Origin: Candidatus Baldrarchaeum yapensis
GTDB taxonomy: Archaea > Asgardarchaeota > Baldrarchaeia > Baldrarchaeales > Baldrarchaeaceae
Length of the DNA: 32,000 bases
Assembly (NCBI GenBank): GCA_016840465.1
Contig: JAEOSH010000012.1
Coordinates: 1-32,000, forward strand
Reading direction: 5' to 3'
Part shown: positions 1-9,697 of the stretch, piece after piece
How the letters are laid out: every line of letters begins with the position of its first letter
How positions within the stretch are numbered: the first letter of the stretch is position 1
Notes under the pieces: model-generated
Seen by the model: only the letters and a program-made list of their open reading frames with translations
The model's database searches: none
Told to the model about the DNA's origin: nothing
Position numbers and translations under genes: made by a program

Positions 1-6
1 CTAAGA

Positions 7-1296
7 TCACGATCTACGCTCTATCGCGAGCTCGTACTTTAACTTCACAATGCAGTTCGGGGGGATATTTCTATCGACAATAACTCCCGCCGATATTTCT
101 GAATCGTTACCTATAATTATTCCCGGCATTATCGAGACATTTATCCCTATTCGCGTGTTATCTCCTATAATCGCGCCAAATTTCTCCATGGGGACTCTAA
201 TTCTCTCACCATTTATTTCTATGCTAATAGTTCTCCCCCTTAGGGGAGTGTTCCAAGTTTGAGTCCCAGCGCCTATATCAACATTGCTACCGATGATACT
301 ATCGCCGATGAAAGAAAGACGACCAACCTTTGTTCCGTCGAAAATCACGCTATTCTTTGTTTCCACACCAAACCCTATTATGCTATTTTTACCTATCGAT
401 GTGTATTCCCTTATGAGGGAATTATTTCCAATGTAGCTATTCTCTCCGATGTACGACGGGCCCTTTATTACGGTTCCTTGCCTTATTACGGCATTATCGG
501 AAATCCATACGGATCCCTCTATCTTTACATCGTTCATTATCTCCGCTCTCTCCGAAATAAATGAACCTCTGCCCCTGAGTATCCTATTGAGAACATAAGA
601 GTTTGCCCTTAAGATATCCCACGGGTACTGTAGCTCTACCCATTCTCTTTCCCAAATCGTTACGAAGGCCCTTCCCCTTGCGGAAAGGGTATTCAATGCC
701 TCTGTGAACGATAGACTTTTTCTCAAAACATCAAAAATTTCAGAGGAGCACACATACACGCCTGTTATTGCATAATTGCTTGGCTCAGTTCCGTTCTTCG
801 GCCTTTCGATGACATAACGAACCTGAGAGTTTTCATCGAATGAAACTACTGTATGAAGGTGTGGCTCGCCCACCAACGTAACTGCAAGAACAATATCAGC
901 GTTTAATTCATCAAATGCTTGTAGCGTTCTTTTTACAAGCTCTGGCTCGAGCAACACGTCCGCATGCAATATTATAAACCGCTCATCGCTCTCTAAGAAT
1001 TTCTCACCTCTTAAGATGGCATCCCTAATCCCCATAGGTTCCTTTTGTTCCAAATATGTTATATGTAGCCCCAGAGACTCCCCACTTTTGAAGTAATCTC
1101 GTATTTGCTCTCCCTTATAACCTATAACCATGTAAACGTCGCGGATGTCGAGCGCAGATAGTGTTTGTAGCAAATAGAACAGGAGGGGACGACCCGCGAT
1201 TTCTATCATCGGTTTGGGTCTTGTATTTGTTATCGGCCTCAGCCGCTGTCCGAGACCCCCAGCAAGCACTAATGCCTTTAATCGCAGCCTTACCAC
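7..1296 (-). CDS. Sugar-phosphate nucleotidyltransferase with C-terminal left-handed beta-helix (archaeal GlmU-like / COG1208)
   Basis: N-terminal LAGGLGQRLRPIT...PKPM nucleotidyltransferase signature; C-terminal hexapeptide repeats (IGENSYIGNNS, IIGDNTRIGIN). Begins 4 nt after the fibrillarin stop. Confidence 0.85.
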   Translation of the reverse strand: MVRLRLKALVLAGGLGQRLRPITNTRPKPMIEIAGRPLLFYLLQTLSALDIRDVYMVIGYKGEQIRDYFKSGESLGLHITYLEQKEPMGIRDAILRGEKFLESDERFIILHADVLLEPELVKRTLQAFDELNADIVLAVTLVGEPHLHTVVSFDENSQVRYVIERPKNGTEPSNYAITGVYVCSSEIFDVLRKSLSFTEALNTLSARGRAFVTIWEREWVELQYPWDILRANSYVLNRILRGRGSFISERAEIMNDVKIEGSVWISDNAVIRQGTVIKGPSYIGENSYIGNNSLIREYTSIGKNSIIGFGVETKNSVIFDGTKVGRLSFIGDSIIGSNVDIGAGTQTWNTPLRGRTISIEINGERIRVPMEKFGAIIGDNTRIGINVSIMPGIIIGNDSEISAGVIVDRNIPPNCIVKLKYELAIERRS

Positions 1297-1300
1297 CTAT

Positions 1301-2002
1301 CTATGGCTTATACTGCGATATTACCATCGCATGTGCCTTATCAAAAGGCTCTAGATGCACTACGTCTTTTATTTCGAATCCACGGCTTTTAAGAGTCTCC
1401 ATCTCCTTCTTATACACCTCTGAGGGTTCCTTTGTTACGTCTATAGACCTTGCCTTGATAGCTAGGAATGCCCACCCTCCCTCCTTCAAGAAGAAGTCTG
1501 CATTATCGGCAAGAAGCCTTGCCTGCTCTGGTTGCGCGACATCCGCATAAATCACGTCTACTTCTTCAACTAACATCCTATACTGCCATGGGAAACGCGC
1601 ATCAGCCAGTATTGGAATCATATTTTTGCGATGTTCACAGACGGTCAATAACTCTCTCAGTATTCTCGGTGAGAACTCTATGCAGTAAACGATGCCCTCT
1701 ATACCGACAATATCAGCAACATGACTTGCAGTGGTTCCAGATGCGGCCCCAAGGTACAGTACTCTATCCCCCGGCTTTATTGGCATAAGCTTTATACCCT
1801 TCAATATGGAGGCCGCAAGTTTCGACCTGTAAGGATCCCAAGTCCGATACTCAACACCCTCTACTCGTGCAAGCCTCTCGCCGTAAACGCGAGTCCCCGG
1901 CGCGAGATTCTTCGTTGCAAGCCTCTCGACAACGTCATCCTCAAACTGTAACCAGTAAACCTCTTGGAACTTTTCATGAGGACGCACAGATGGGCTCATC
2001 AT
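1301..2002 (-). CDS. flpA: Fibrillarin, box C/D RNP 2'-O-methyltransferase
   Basis: [41 protein letters not shown] and DVAQPEQA motifs; ATGA overlap with the nop5 stop. Confidence 0.98.
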   Translation of the reverse strand: MMSPSVRPHEKFQEVYWLQFEDDVVERLATKNLAPGTRVYGERLARVEGVEYRTWDPYRSKLAASILKGIKLMPIKPGDRVLYLGAASGTTASHVADIVGIEGIVYCIEFSPRILRELLTVCEHRKNMIPILADARFPWQYRMLVEEVDVIYADVAQPEQARLLADNADFFLKEGGWAFLAIKARSIDVTKEPSEVYKKEMETLKSRGFEIKDVVHLEPFDKAHAMVISQYKP

Positions 2003-3222
2003 TTACCACCTCTCTTCTTTTTCTTCTTCCTTACTTTCTTTTCACGAGGCCTTTCAACCTTCCTCTTCGGGGGCCTCGGATACTTCTTCCTTATCTCTTC
2101 GATTCTCTTCATTAAGTCTTCTTTTAACTCATCCGCTATGTACTGACCGCTAAATGCGTCTACTCTCGCTGCAATTGCGAGTTTTCCAGCGAGAGCACGC
2201 GCGATTTTCCCGCGCTGCCACCTGGGTGCACGGTGTATCAGGGGGCTCTGGAATATCACTCCGTGCTTGGGAGGCTTTGCACCTGTTCTCAGGGCCCGGA
2301 ATAAAGCCTTCTCTGCACCTAAAACTTGAATTGTTGATGATGGCATTTTTGCCAACTCCTCGAGACTTCCCGCGAGGCTTATGAGGCGCGCACCAAGTAG
2401 TGGTCCCACGAGTCCCTTTATGTTGGGTGCAACCTCATCCATAGTCTCGCTTATGTACTCTTCTAAGTCCCTCCGTAACCTGTAGAGACCCAGAACTATA
2501 TTGGCAAGTTTTCTCAATCCCTCAATGTCCCTCTCAGTAACGTTCGCACCCATAGAAGTCTTCGCCGCAGACATTATTTTCGATATGAGATTATCATTTA
2601 ATCCGATTTCCTTAAGCTTCTTGGGAGAGAAGCTCGAACGCAACCCGAGTTTTGCAACCAAATTTATGAAATCCCGGTGTTCATCAACCAATTCATCAAG
2701 TTCGGGAAAGTGAAGGCTATACCATTCTCTTATCCTAGACGCAAATAAGTTTATTGTCTTATCAATGTCATCTATCGTTTCAATAGCCTGTGCAACGAAT
2801 CTATCTCGCCTCTCGGCTGCCTCTCTGATCTTCTTCTTTGATATTATCATACTGATCTCTTGAACGAATGGTATGTACTCGGTTATTGTCTCGACAATTC
2901 CAAACTCCTTGGCAAGTTGAGGAAGCCGTGCTCTAATGCTCTGTGCACCAGCGCTCGGCTTTTCTACAGAGATTAATGCATCCACAGTCTTCCTAAGCGT
3001 TGATGCGAGGTCCTCGCTCTCCACTATTATTTCATCAACTCCCCTTTTCTTGAGATTCTCTATCATTTCTAGTATTTCCTCTATTGCCTCTCCCTGCTGA
3101 AGTCTCATGATTTTCTCGGCTATCTGCTCTGGATCCTTCGGAAATAGGACCTTTTCGATCAGATTTTTATTTTCATCAAGAGCGAAGATTCCAATAGGGG
3201 TCTCTACAACGTATGTCTTCAA
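1999..3222 (-). CDS. nop5: Nop5 (Nop56/58 homolog), box C/D RNP core protein
   Basis: [44 protein letters not shown] and PPKHGVIFQ motifs; TTG start with GGAGG upstream; Lys/Arg-rich tail. Confidence 0.97.
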   Translation of the reverse strand: MKTYVVETPIGIFALDENKNLIEKVLFPKDPEQIAEKIMRLQQGEAIEEILEMIENLKKRGVDEIIVESEDLASTLRKTVDALISVEKPSAGAQSIRARLPQLAKEFGIVETITEYIPFVQEISMIISKKKIREAAERRDRFVAQAIETIDDIDKTINLFASRIREWYSLHFPELDELVDEHRDFINLVAKLGLRSSFSPKKLKEIGLNDNLISKIMSAAKTSMGANVTERDIEGLRKLANIVLGLYRLRRDLEEYISETMDEVAPNIKGLVGPLLGARLISLAGSLEELAKMPSSTIQVLGAEKALFRALRTGAKPPKHGVIFQSPLIHRAPRWQRGKIARALAGKLAIAARVDAFSGQYIADELKEDLMKRIEEIRKKYPRPPKRKVERPREKKVRKKKKKRGGK

Positions 3223-3261
3223 CCCGAACCCTCCTTTACATCATCGAATCTCTCAGTTATC

Positions 3262-3274
3262 GAAAAACCTTAAG
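3262..3274 (+). promoter_or_regulatory. Putative BRE-TATA promoter for pyrD-pyrK
   Basis: GAAAAACCTTAAG about 38 nt upstream of the pyrD ATG at 3312, with AGGTGG Shine-Dalgarno-like site in between. Confidence 0.5.
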
Positions 3275-3285
3275 AGGTTGTAAGA

Positions 3286-3297
3286 ATAAAAGTTTAC
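3286..3297 (-). promoter_or_regulatory. Putative BRE-TATA promoter for nop5-flpA-nucleotidyltransferase
   Basis: Minus-strand GTAAACTTTTATT in the divergent nop5/pyrD spacer. Confidence 0.4.
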
Positions 3298-3311
3298 CCA
3301 CAGGTGGAAGT

Positions 3312-4211
3312 ATGGTCGATATATCAGTTTCCATAGCGGGCCTCCATCTACGAAACCCGACAATGCTAGCATCAGGAGTTCTTGGAATGTCAGGCAAACT
3401 TCTGAAGAGAGTTGCATCTGCAGGAGCAGGGGCAGTGGTTACGAAATCTATAGGCCCCAAACCTCGCCCCGGCCATCCTAATCCCACGTTTGTGGAACTG
3501 CCATACGGATACCTGAACGCTATGGGTTTGCCCAATCCGGGTATCGATGAATTCGTTCAAGAAATCAAAATAGCTAAGGAGAGTGGAGTGCCTGTCATAG
3601 TGAGCGTGTTTGGCCAATCACCCGAAGAATTCGCTTATGTTGCGGAAAGGGCCGAAAAAGCTGGTGCGAGCGCCATCGAGGTAAACGTCTCTTGTCCTCA
3701 TGCAGAGGTTGGACTAATAGGCCAAGACCCGGTGCTGACAAGGGAGGTCGTTAGAAGTGTTAAGGAGAGAGTAAAAATCCCGGTATTTGTAAAATTGACA
3801 CCGAATGTTACTGATATCACCGAGATTGCATGTGCCGCGGAAAAAGCGGGTGCTGACGCCGTAACTGCGATAAATACGGTGAAAGCCATGTATATAGACA
3901 TCGAGAGTGCAAAACCAGTGCTATCGAACAAGATAGGAGGACTTTCCGGACCTGCTATCAAGCCCATCGCCATCCGATGCGTTTACGAAATTTATGAGTC
4001 CGTACGAATACCCATTATCGGCGTCGGGGGAATACAAAACTGGAAGGATGCAGTGGAGTTCTTCTTGGCCGGAGCATCGGCGATACAAGTAGGATCCGGA
4101 GTAATTATGGGGCTAAATATCTTTAGAGATATTTGCGGTGGAATAAAAAGGTACTTGGAAAGGAAAGGTTTCACAAAGTTGCGCGAAATAATAGGACTTG
4201 CGCACAGGTGA
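3312..4211 (+). CDS. pyrD: Dihydroorotate dehydrogenase family 1B, catalytic subunit
   Basis: [40 protein letters not shown] and [10 protein letters not shown] motifs. Start moved from the ORF-track 3213 to ATG 3312 (SD present, avoids overlap with nop5). Confidence 0.96.
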   Translation: MVDISVSIAGLHLRNPTMLASGVLGMSGKLLKRVASAGAGAVVTKSIGPKPRPGHPNPTFVELPYGYLNAMGLPNPGIDEFVQEIKIAKESGVPVIVSVFGQSPEEFAYVAERAEKAGASAIEVNVSCPHAEVGLIGQDPVLTREVVRSVKERVKIPVFVKLTPNVTDITEIACAAEKAGADAVTAINTVKAMYIDIESAKPVLSNKIGGLSGPAIKPIAIRCVYEIYESVRIPIIGVGGIQNWKDAVEFFLAGASAIQVGSGVIMGLNIFRDICGGIKRYLERKGFTKLREIIGLAHR

Positions 4212-4218
4212 TTGGAAA

Positions 4219-5022
4219 ATGCCGATGGACATTGTGAGGATAGTGTCGGTGAAGAAGGAAACACAAAACGTCAAGACGATTTACTTCGAATGGGAGTCCG
4301 CAGAGAAAGCGCAACCCGGACAATTCGTGATGGTATGGATTCCAGGAGTCGACGAGATACCTTTAAGCCTCTCAAATGTTGGTTCTAAAATTGCGTCCGT
4401 TACTGTAAAGAAGGTGGGTAATGGAACGGCGGCCCTGCATCAAATGAATGTCGGAGACATGATCGGAATCAGGGGGCCCTACGGAAGATCATTCGCGGTA
4501 ACGGGAGATAAGGTGTTAATAGTTGCGGGAGGAGTCGGTATGGCTCCCATACTTCCTCTGATTAGGGAAGTCTGTTCAAAAGGATGTAATGTGACGGTAG
4601 TTGCGGGGTTTAAGAGTTCAGATGAGATAATATTCAGAGACTACCTAGAAAGTTCCCCCAAAGCTTTAGGAATTAAAGTGTATCTGTGTACGGAAGATGG
4701 CTCGCTCGGGATTAAAGGAACAGCACTCGAGGTTGCTAGGAAAATCCTAAAGAATGAGGTTTTCGATTGCGTGTACGTGTGTGGTAAAGAAACTCTAATA
4801 AGAGGCGTCTTTGATGAATCCATAAGAAAGGGAATTGAAATACAGGCATCTCTAGAACGATATATGAGATGTGGCGTTGGGCTTTGCGGTAGTTGCGTAT
4901 TAGGAGAATATCTGGTGTGTCGAGATGGTCCCGTTTTCGATACCGAAATGCTGAAAAACGTGGTTGATGAACTTGGGAACTTCAAGCGAGATGAATGTGG
5001 TAGGAAAACTAAAGTTTTATAG
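4219..5022 (+). CDS. pyrK: Dihydroorotate dehydrogenase electron transfer subunit
   Basis: PGQFVMVWIPG, IRGPYG, VAGGVG (FAD/NAD binding) and ERYMRCGVGLCGSC...CRDGPVF [2Fe-2S] motif; adjacent to pyrD. Confidence 0.95.
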   Translation: MPMDIVRIVSVKKETQNVKTIYFEWESAEKAQPGQFVMVWIPGVDEIPLSLSNVGSKIASVTVKKVGNGTAALHQMNVGDMIGIRGPYGRSFAVTGDKVLIVAGGVGMAPILPLIREVCSKGCNVTVVAGFKSSDEIIFRDYLESSPKALGIKVYLCTEDGSLGIKGTALEVARKILKNEVFDCVYVCGKETLIRGVFDESIRKGIEIQASLERYMRCGVGLCGSCVLGEYLVCRDGPVFDTEMLKNVVDELGNFKRDECGRKTKVL

Positions 5023-5073
5023 GTGGAAGAGGTATAGCATAAAGCCTAGAAAAATTAAGGACGGTGATATGAC

Positions 5074-5235
5074 ATGCCAGGTACCCACGGATCACTAAGC
5101 AAGGCCGGAAAAGTTAGAAGCCAGACTCCAAAGATCGAGGGTAGACCCCGTCACTCGCCTATTCCGAGAGTTAGAAACAAGCGAAATTACTTCAAGAGAG
5201 TAATTAAGGGACTGAGACCCGGTCAGCCCAAGTGA
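5074..5235 (+). CDS. rps30e: Ribosomal protein eS30 (S30e), 53 aa, missing from the ORF track
   Basis: Hand translation [53 protein letters not shown]; [16 protein letters not shown] is the eS30 signature; GGTGA SD at 5063-5067. Confidence 0.95.
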   Translation: MPGTHGSLSKAGKVRSQTPKIEGRPRHSPIPRVRNKRNYFKRVIKGLRPGQPK

Positions 5236-5248
5236 TAATAGGAAGTTT

Positions 5249-6268
5249 TTAACATACCCTCGGGATTGGCTCGCCATAGGGCTTCTCCAGAATCCTAGTT
5301 CCACCAATGCTTGTCCTTACTAGAACATAACCTGGCTTCTCCGCTTTCACTTCTCCTATGATTGCCGCGTTTCTCCCATATTTTGTCTTCCTTATTGCAT
5401 CAAGAACCTCCTCTGCCTTATCGTTGCTCACACCTATTACCGCCTTGCCCTCGTTCGTGACCTCAAGGGGATCTATGCCCAGCATTTCGGCCGCTGCCTG
5501 CACTTCCTCCCTTATAGGCAACGCATCCTCCTCTATCCATATGGATACCTTGGATTTTTCGGCCATATCGACCAACGCGGCAGCAACGCCGCCCCTTGTT
5601 GGATCCTTCATCGCTGTTATTCCTCCGACCGATAATGCAGCGTTTATCGTCTCCCAAATTGGTGCAACATCGGACTTTAACTCGGTTTCAAACTCCAACC
5701 CCTCTCTTTTTGCTAAGAGAGCAATTCCATGATCTCCGATGGTTCCGGTTATTATTATTTTATCTCCGGGCTTCAATCCTGAGTCTTTTATTATATGTCC
5801 TCTCTTCACGATCCCTACGCCTGTGGTCGTGATTATTATTTTGTCGACCTGTCCCCGTGGCACGACTTTCGTGTCTCCGGATATGAGTGCAACTCCGACC
5901 TCTTCCGCTGTTTGTGCCATTGATGCCAGGATTTTCTCCAAATCAGAGATAGGAAATCCCTCTTCCAATACCATTGCCGATGTTATAGCTATAGGGCGAG
6001 CACCCATTACGCTAACATCATTAATTATGCCTGCAACCGCCAGTTTACCTATATCTCCACCTGGAAAGAATATGGGATCCACAGTATGGGCATCCGTCGA
6101 GATAACTATCTCATAGTCACCCACTGGTATGGAGGCGCCATCATCCAGATCATCGAGGCCGACGCCACCCGCTGTCCGGAGGCTAAACTTTGGAATTATA
6201 ACGTTTTTTATTAATTCGTCCATTAGAATGCCGCCAGCACCGTGTGCCAGTTCTATCCTCTTTTCCAT
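5249..6268 (-). CDS. hypE: Hydrogenase maturation carbamoyl dehydratase HypE
   Basis: [40 protein letters not shown] and the C-terminal PRVC. Start ATG 6268 preferred over 6283. Confidence 0.95.
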   Translation of the reverse strand: MEKRIELAHGAGGILMDELIKNVIIPKFSLRTAGGVGLDDLDDGASIPVGDYEIVISTDAHTVDPIFFPGGDIGKLAVAGIINDVSVMGARPIAITSAMVLEEGFPISDLEKILASMAQTAEEVGVALISGDTKVVPRGQVDKIIITTTGVGIVKRGHIIKDSGLKPGDKIIITGTIGDHGIALLAKREGLEFETELKSDVAPIWETINAALSVGGITAMKDPTRGGVAAALVDMAEKSKVSIWIEEDALPIREEVQAAAEMLGIDPLEVTNEGKAVIGVSNDKAEEVLDAIRKTKYGRNAAIIGEVKAEKPGYVLVRTSIGGTRILEKPYGEPIPRVC

Positions 6269-6301
6269 TATTGTTTCCCCCATTCATGGAATCAAAAATA
6301 G

Positions 6302-6311
6302 GTTTATAAAC
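6302..6311. promoter_or_regulatory. Palindromic TATA element between divergent hypE and rps8e
   Basis: GTTTATAAAC, a perfect palindrome, preceded on the + strand by A-rich CAAAAATAG. Confidence 0.45.
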
Positions 6312-6353
6312 ATCGATTATTCTGTCTTTAAGGCAGAGCCGGGGTGCAGAAGC

Positions 6354-6749
6354 ATGGGTGTATGGCACGGCCCATCGAGGAGACTTCCAACAGGTGCTCT
6401 CAGAAAGCTTGCGAGGAAGAAAAGGAAGTACGAAATGGGTAGACCTCCTGTAGAGACGACTATCGGCGAGGAGAAGAGGAAAGTAGTAAGGGCGAGAGGA
6501 GGCAACATAAAGGTAAAGCTACTGCAAGCAACGTATGCGAACGTCTCTGACCCCAAGACGGGTATAACAAAGAAAGTAAAAATACTAAAAGTGATAGAAA
6601 ATCCTGCAAACCGGGATTACTCTAGAAGAGGGATTATCACTAAGGGCGCCATCGTAAAAACAGAAATAGGAGACGCCGTTGTAACCAGCCGACCGGGGCA
6701 GGATGGCGTAGTAAACGCTGTGCTTATCTCTGAAGAAACCAAGGAGTAG
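6354..6749 (+). CDS. rps8e: Ribosomal protein eS8 (S8e)
   Basis: MGVWHG...TGA...[35 protein letters not shown] and [15 protein letters not shown]. True start ATG 6354; the 6129 extension overlaps hypE. Confidence 0.97.
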   Translation: MGVWHGPSRRLPTGALRKLARKKRKYEMGRPPVETTIGEEKRKVVRARGGNIKVKLLQATYANVSDPKTGITKKVKILKVIENPANRDYSRRGIITKGAIVKTEIGDAVVTSRPGQDGVVNAVLISEETKE

Positions 6750-6756
6750 AGCAGTT

Positions 6757-7053
6757 TTGAAGCAAAAAGACCATTACATCCTATGGCCTGTATATTTTGA
6801 CTCCAGAAAAACGAGAAAAGAGGGTAGGAGGGTTCCTAAGAAACTTTCTGTAGAAAATCCAAGAGTTGAAGAAATCATAAAGGCTCTAGAGGCTATGGGG
6901 ATCGAGGGAAAAATTGAGAAAGATAAAGCTTATCCTCGGTGCTGGTGGGAGGGAGGCGGTCGGGTTCTGGTTAGAAAGGATGCTTGTTCTTTTAATAAGC
7001 GTCGTCTTATACTCGAAGTTGCAAAACTCCTACACAGGATGAGAAAGAAGTGA
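6757..7053 (+). CDS. srp19: Signal recognition particle protein SRP19
   Basis: ILWPVYFDSRKTRKEGRRVPK and YPRCWWEGGGRV motifs; follows rps8e as is common in archaea. Confidence 0.95.
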   Translation: MKQKDHYILWPVYFDSRKTRKEGRRVPKKLSVENPRVEEIIKALEAMGIEGKIEKDKAYPRCWWEGGGRVLVRKDACSFNKRRLILEVAKLLHRMRKK

Positions 7054-7059
7054 TAAAAA

Positions 7060-7362
7060 ATGATAAAGAGACTGGGGAAGGTCTTACACGTATCACCGCA
7101 TAAGGTGATGATCGTCAGAAGTACCTTTGCCCCAGCGATCGGAAACACCGTAGTTACAAAGGACATGGAGAACATAGGCGAGGTCTTCGATGTATTCGGT
7201 CCCGTGAGCAAACCTTATGTGAGCATAAAACCCAAGAAGGGCGTCGATCCGGAAAAACTTATCGGTGCGACGTTATATGTGTACCTGGAGGAAGAAAAAG
7301 AAACCTCAGTGAAGAAGAGAAAACCCGCTAAGCGTAAAGTTAAAGGGAAGCCCCAAAAGTGA
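7060..7362 (+). CDS. gar1: H/ACA RNP subunit Gar1
   Basis: KRLGKVLH...IGEVFDVFGPVSKPYVSIKP Gar1/Naf1 core; srp19-gar1 order. Confidence 0.92.
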   Translation: MIKRLGKVLHVSPHKVMIVRSTFAPAIGNTVVTKDMENIGEVFDVFGPVSKPYVSIKPKKGVDPEKLIGATLYVYLEEEKETSVKKRKPAKRKVKGKPQK

Positions 7363-7508
7363 AGAGGCTGCCTGTGTAGGTGTCTGCTCCCTACATTTAG
7401 TTATAATAGCAAATGCTCACTTGGCGAATTACGACGTCTTAACAATAACTTTTTACACCATCTGGGGCGTAAATTAAACATAGTTGCCTGATGATGCAGT
7501 GATGCAGA

Positions 7509-7880
7509 ATGTCGCTCGATGAAAAGGCATACGAAATAATAAAGGCGGCTGGAAAGGAAGGAATTCTCCAAAGCGAACTATGGAAGAAACTTGGTATTTC
7601 GAGCAGAGAAGGTGCACGTATAGTTTCTAGACTGGAGAAAAGAGGTCTCATCGAGAGAAAACGAGTAATACACAATGGAAGACGAACTTACAGGGTCTTT
7701 GCGCTCATTAAGGAGGAATCGCAGATCCAATGGGACACATTAGAAGGGTGCCCCTGCTTCACATGTCATGACCTTTACAGATGCGGCTCGGGTAACCCCC
7801 TCTCACCCGAGTTATGTGAAAAGATGACTAAATGGCTTATGAAGCTGGTAGACAAGTTTAAGGATTCCGAAACCTCTTAG
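7509..7880 (+). CDS. tfeB: Transcription factor E beta subunit (RPC34/RPC39-related winged helix plus Fe-S domain)
   Basis: GILQSELWKKLGISSREGARIVSRLEKRGLIERKR winged helix followed by PCFTC-x5-C-x10-C...W cysteine cluster. Confidence 0.85.
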   Translation: MSLDEKAYEIIKAAGKEGILQSELWKKLGISSREGARIVSRLEKRGLIERKRVIHNGRRTYRVFALIKEESQIQWDTLEGCPCFTCHDLYRCGSGNPLSPELCEKMTKWLMKLVDKFKDSETS

Positions 7881-8454
7881 CGATAATATAAATTTCTGCG
7901 CTCCTCTTCCGGGAAGCCTCCGGCTTATACGGTTTGACAAATGAGAAAAGTTCCTTGACATTTTTCAGAAAATCCTCAAACATGTCCCCTTGGAACACTT
8001 TAACAACAAAGTTTCCACCAACTCTCAAAACACTCCTTGCAATCTCTAATGAGCGCTGTGCCAAAAACACCTGGCGTGCATGATCAACACACCAAACGCC
8101 ACTAACATTTGGGGAACAATCACTCAATATAAGGTCGTACTTTTCAGGACATGCATCCATAATTTTCCTAAGCGTGCTATCATCCGTTATGTCCCCCTTT
8201 ATAAATACAACGCCTGGGAGCGGAGAAATATCGACTATATCTACCCCCACAACCACCCCATCCTTTCCGACCCTCTTTAGTGAGTATTGAAGCCATCCTC
8301 CAGGCGCACAACAAAGATCCAAAACACGCTTAACACCGTCGAAGACCCTGTACTTGCGGTCGATTTGCTCAAGCTTATAAATAGCCCTTGACCTATATCC
8401 CTCTCTCTTAGCTTTTAGATAGTAATAGTCCGGTTTACGCCTTCTCCTTTTCAT
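7858..8454 (-). CDS. rlmE: 23S rRNA Um2552 2'-O-methyltransferase (FtsJ/RlmE)
   Basis: AKREGYRSRAIYKL, VLDLCCAPGGW, SDCSPN, FVVKVFQG and SRKRSAEIY (K-D-K-E tetrad). Confidence 0.95.
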   Translation of the reverse strand: MKRRRRKPDYYYLKAKREGYRSRAIYKLEQIDRKYRVFDGVKRVLDLCCAPGGWLQYSLKRVGKDGVVVGVDIVDISPLPGVVFIKGDITDDSTLRKIMDACPEKYDLILSDCSPNVSGVWCVDHARQVFLAQRSLEIARSVLRVGGNFVVKVFQGDMFEDFLKNVKELFSFVKPYKPEASRKRSAEIYIIAKRFRNP

Positions 8455-8457
8455 AAA

Positions 8458-9663
8458 CTAAGCACCCTTTGTGAGTTCCTTAATTATCTTAACAAGCTCA
8501 CCCCTATTAGCATTCGTCTTTATTGCATTCGGATTGAAGTGCGTTTCCACTGCAATATATCCTAAGCTTCTGAGGTGCTCTATGAGCATTTTCTTCGGGG
8601 GTATAGTTACTCCCGCCTGTTTAGATAGCAGAGGTATAATATGGTAAAAAGGAGGAGCATTTGCTTCAAGAATTGCGAGTCTCAGCATTTTCTCAACCCT
8701 TTTTCCTTTACCTAGATGCTTAGACCCAAATACATCCATCATTTTTGAACAAAAATCTTTGGATATTATGTTCTTCGTCCAGATGGGTCCTCCGATCTCC
8801 ACCTTCTGCGATCCACACTCCACGCACTTGTCGATCTTACTCGGAACAACTTCCTCTACTACCTCTCTGTGGTTGCAGTCCCTACAGTGCAGTACGTATC
8901 CTAAGTTCCTAATGCTTTTATCTGCTCTTCCCGCTCCTTCAGACAATTTCAAGAACACTCTCACATGGTGCCTGTAATAGTATGCGAAAAGGGGCTCCAC
9001 TCCAATCTCGTATTTTGCCGCCTCCCTAACCACATAGGAGATTAATATGCGAACTGCGAGTTCATGGCAGTATTCTACTCTCAAGGGGACACTTCCATAC
9101 TTTCTTATGCATGCATTCTTATGTACACCGCACAGTGGCGCCATGTCCGTTGCCGTGAGGCATAACATTCCAGTTCTGCTCTTTATCACCTTAAACGCCG
9201 AATCTAGAAATGGGGATGGCGAGCCAAATGGATCTATATCAACAACTTCGAATCTAGTGGACTTCTCTGCAAGTTCCAACATTAATGCGCAAGCCTCTCT
9301 ATTAAACACTTGGACTTTGTCCTCCAAATTGTTTAATTTTACGTTCAAAGCCATCAATTTCGCAGCGATCGGATTCTTATCGTTTATCACGACCTTGACA
9401 GTACCATTAACCTCTTTGGCGTATCGGAGACCTCGTATTCCGCATCCGGAAAGGGGCTCGCATACGGACATCTCTCTATTTAACATGTCCTTATAGGCCT
9501 GCAGTGCAAGAACAGAAATATCCCTGCTCAGTTCCATTTCCGGGTTGTAAAAAACGGGGGCCTCCGTAGGCTCGAATATTTCCATGTCTGGAGCGAAGAA
9601 CCGCGTTTCCCCTTCCTGATACATTTTTATTGGGAATCCGAGGTTGACATTGTTGACGCTCAA
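8458..9663 (-). CDS. trm1: tRNA (guanine26-N2)-dimethyltransferase Trm1
   Basis: PVFYNPEMELSRD, GCGIRGLRY, DIDPFGSP, LTATD, CIRKYG and GPIW motifs. Start uncertain (9663 or ATG 9624). Confidence 0.95.
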   Translation of the reverse strand: MSVNNVNLGFPIKMYQEGETRFFAPDMEIFEPTEAPVFYNPEMELSRDISVLALQAYKDMLNREMSVCEPLSGCGIRGLRYAKEVNGTVKVVINDKNPIAAKLMALNVKLNNLEDKVQVFNREACALMLELAEKSTRFEVVDIDPFGSPSPFLDSAFKVIKSRTGMLCLTATDMAPLCGVHKNACIRKYGSVPLRVEYCHELAVRILISYVVREAAKYEIGVEPLFAYYYRHHVRVFLKLSEGAGRADKSIRNLGYVLHCRDCNHREVVEEVVPSKIDKCVECGSQKVEIGGPIWTKNIISKDFCSKMMDVFGSKHLGKGKRVEKMLRLAILEANAPPFYHIIPLLSKQAGVTIPPKKMLIEHLRSLGYIAVETHFNPNAIKTNANRGELVKIIKELTKGA

Positions 9664-9697
9664 GATGAATCACCCAATATGCAGTGAAGGGTCTGTT

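Noticed and set aside
3241-3256. Minus-strand CTGA-gagatt-CGATGA resembling a D'/C' pair
   Set aside because: No C box or D box at the required 12-nt distances, and it lies in the nop5 leader.
5249-6268. Isolated hypE as a sign of horizontal transfer or a new function
   Set aside because: hyp genes are commonly scattered in archaea, all HypE motifs including the C-terminal PRVC are intact, and composition looks like that of the neighbours.
7375-7395. Hairpin TGTAGG-9nt-CCTACA after gar1, and ATTCCG-15nt-CGGAAT at 30703-30729
   Set aside because: Only 6-bp stems, expected by chance; no U-tract or other support for a terminator.
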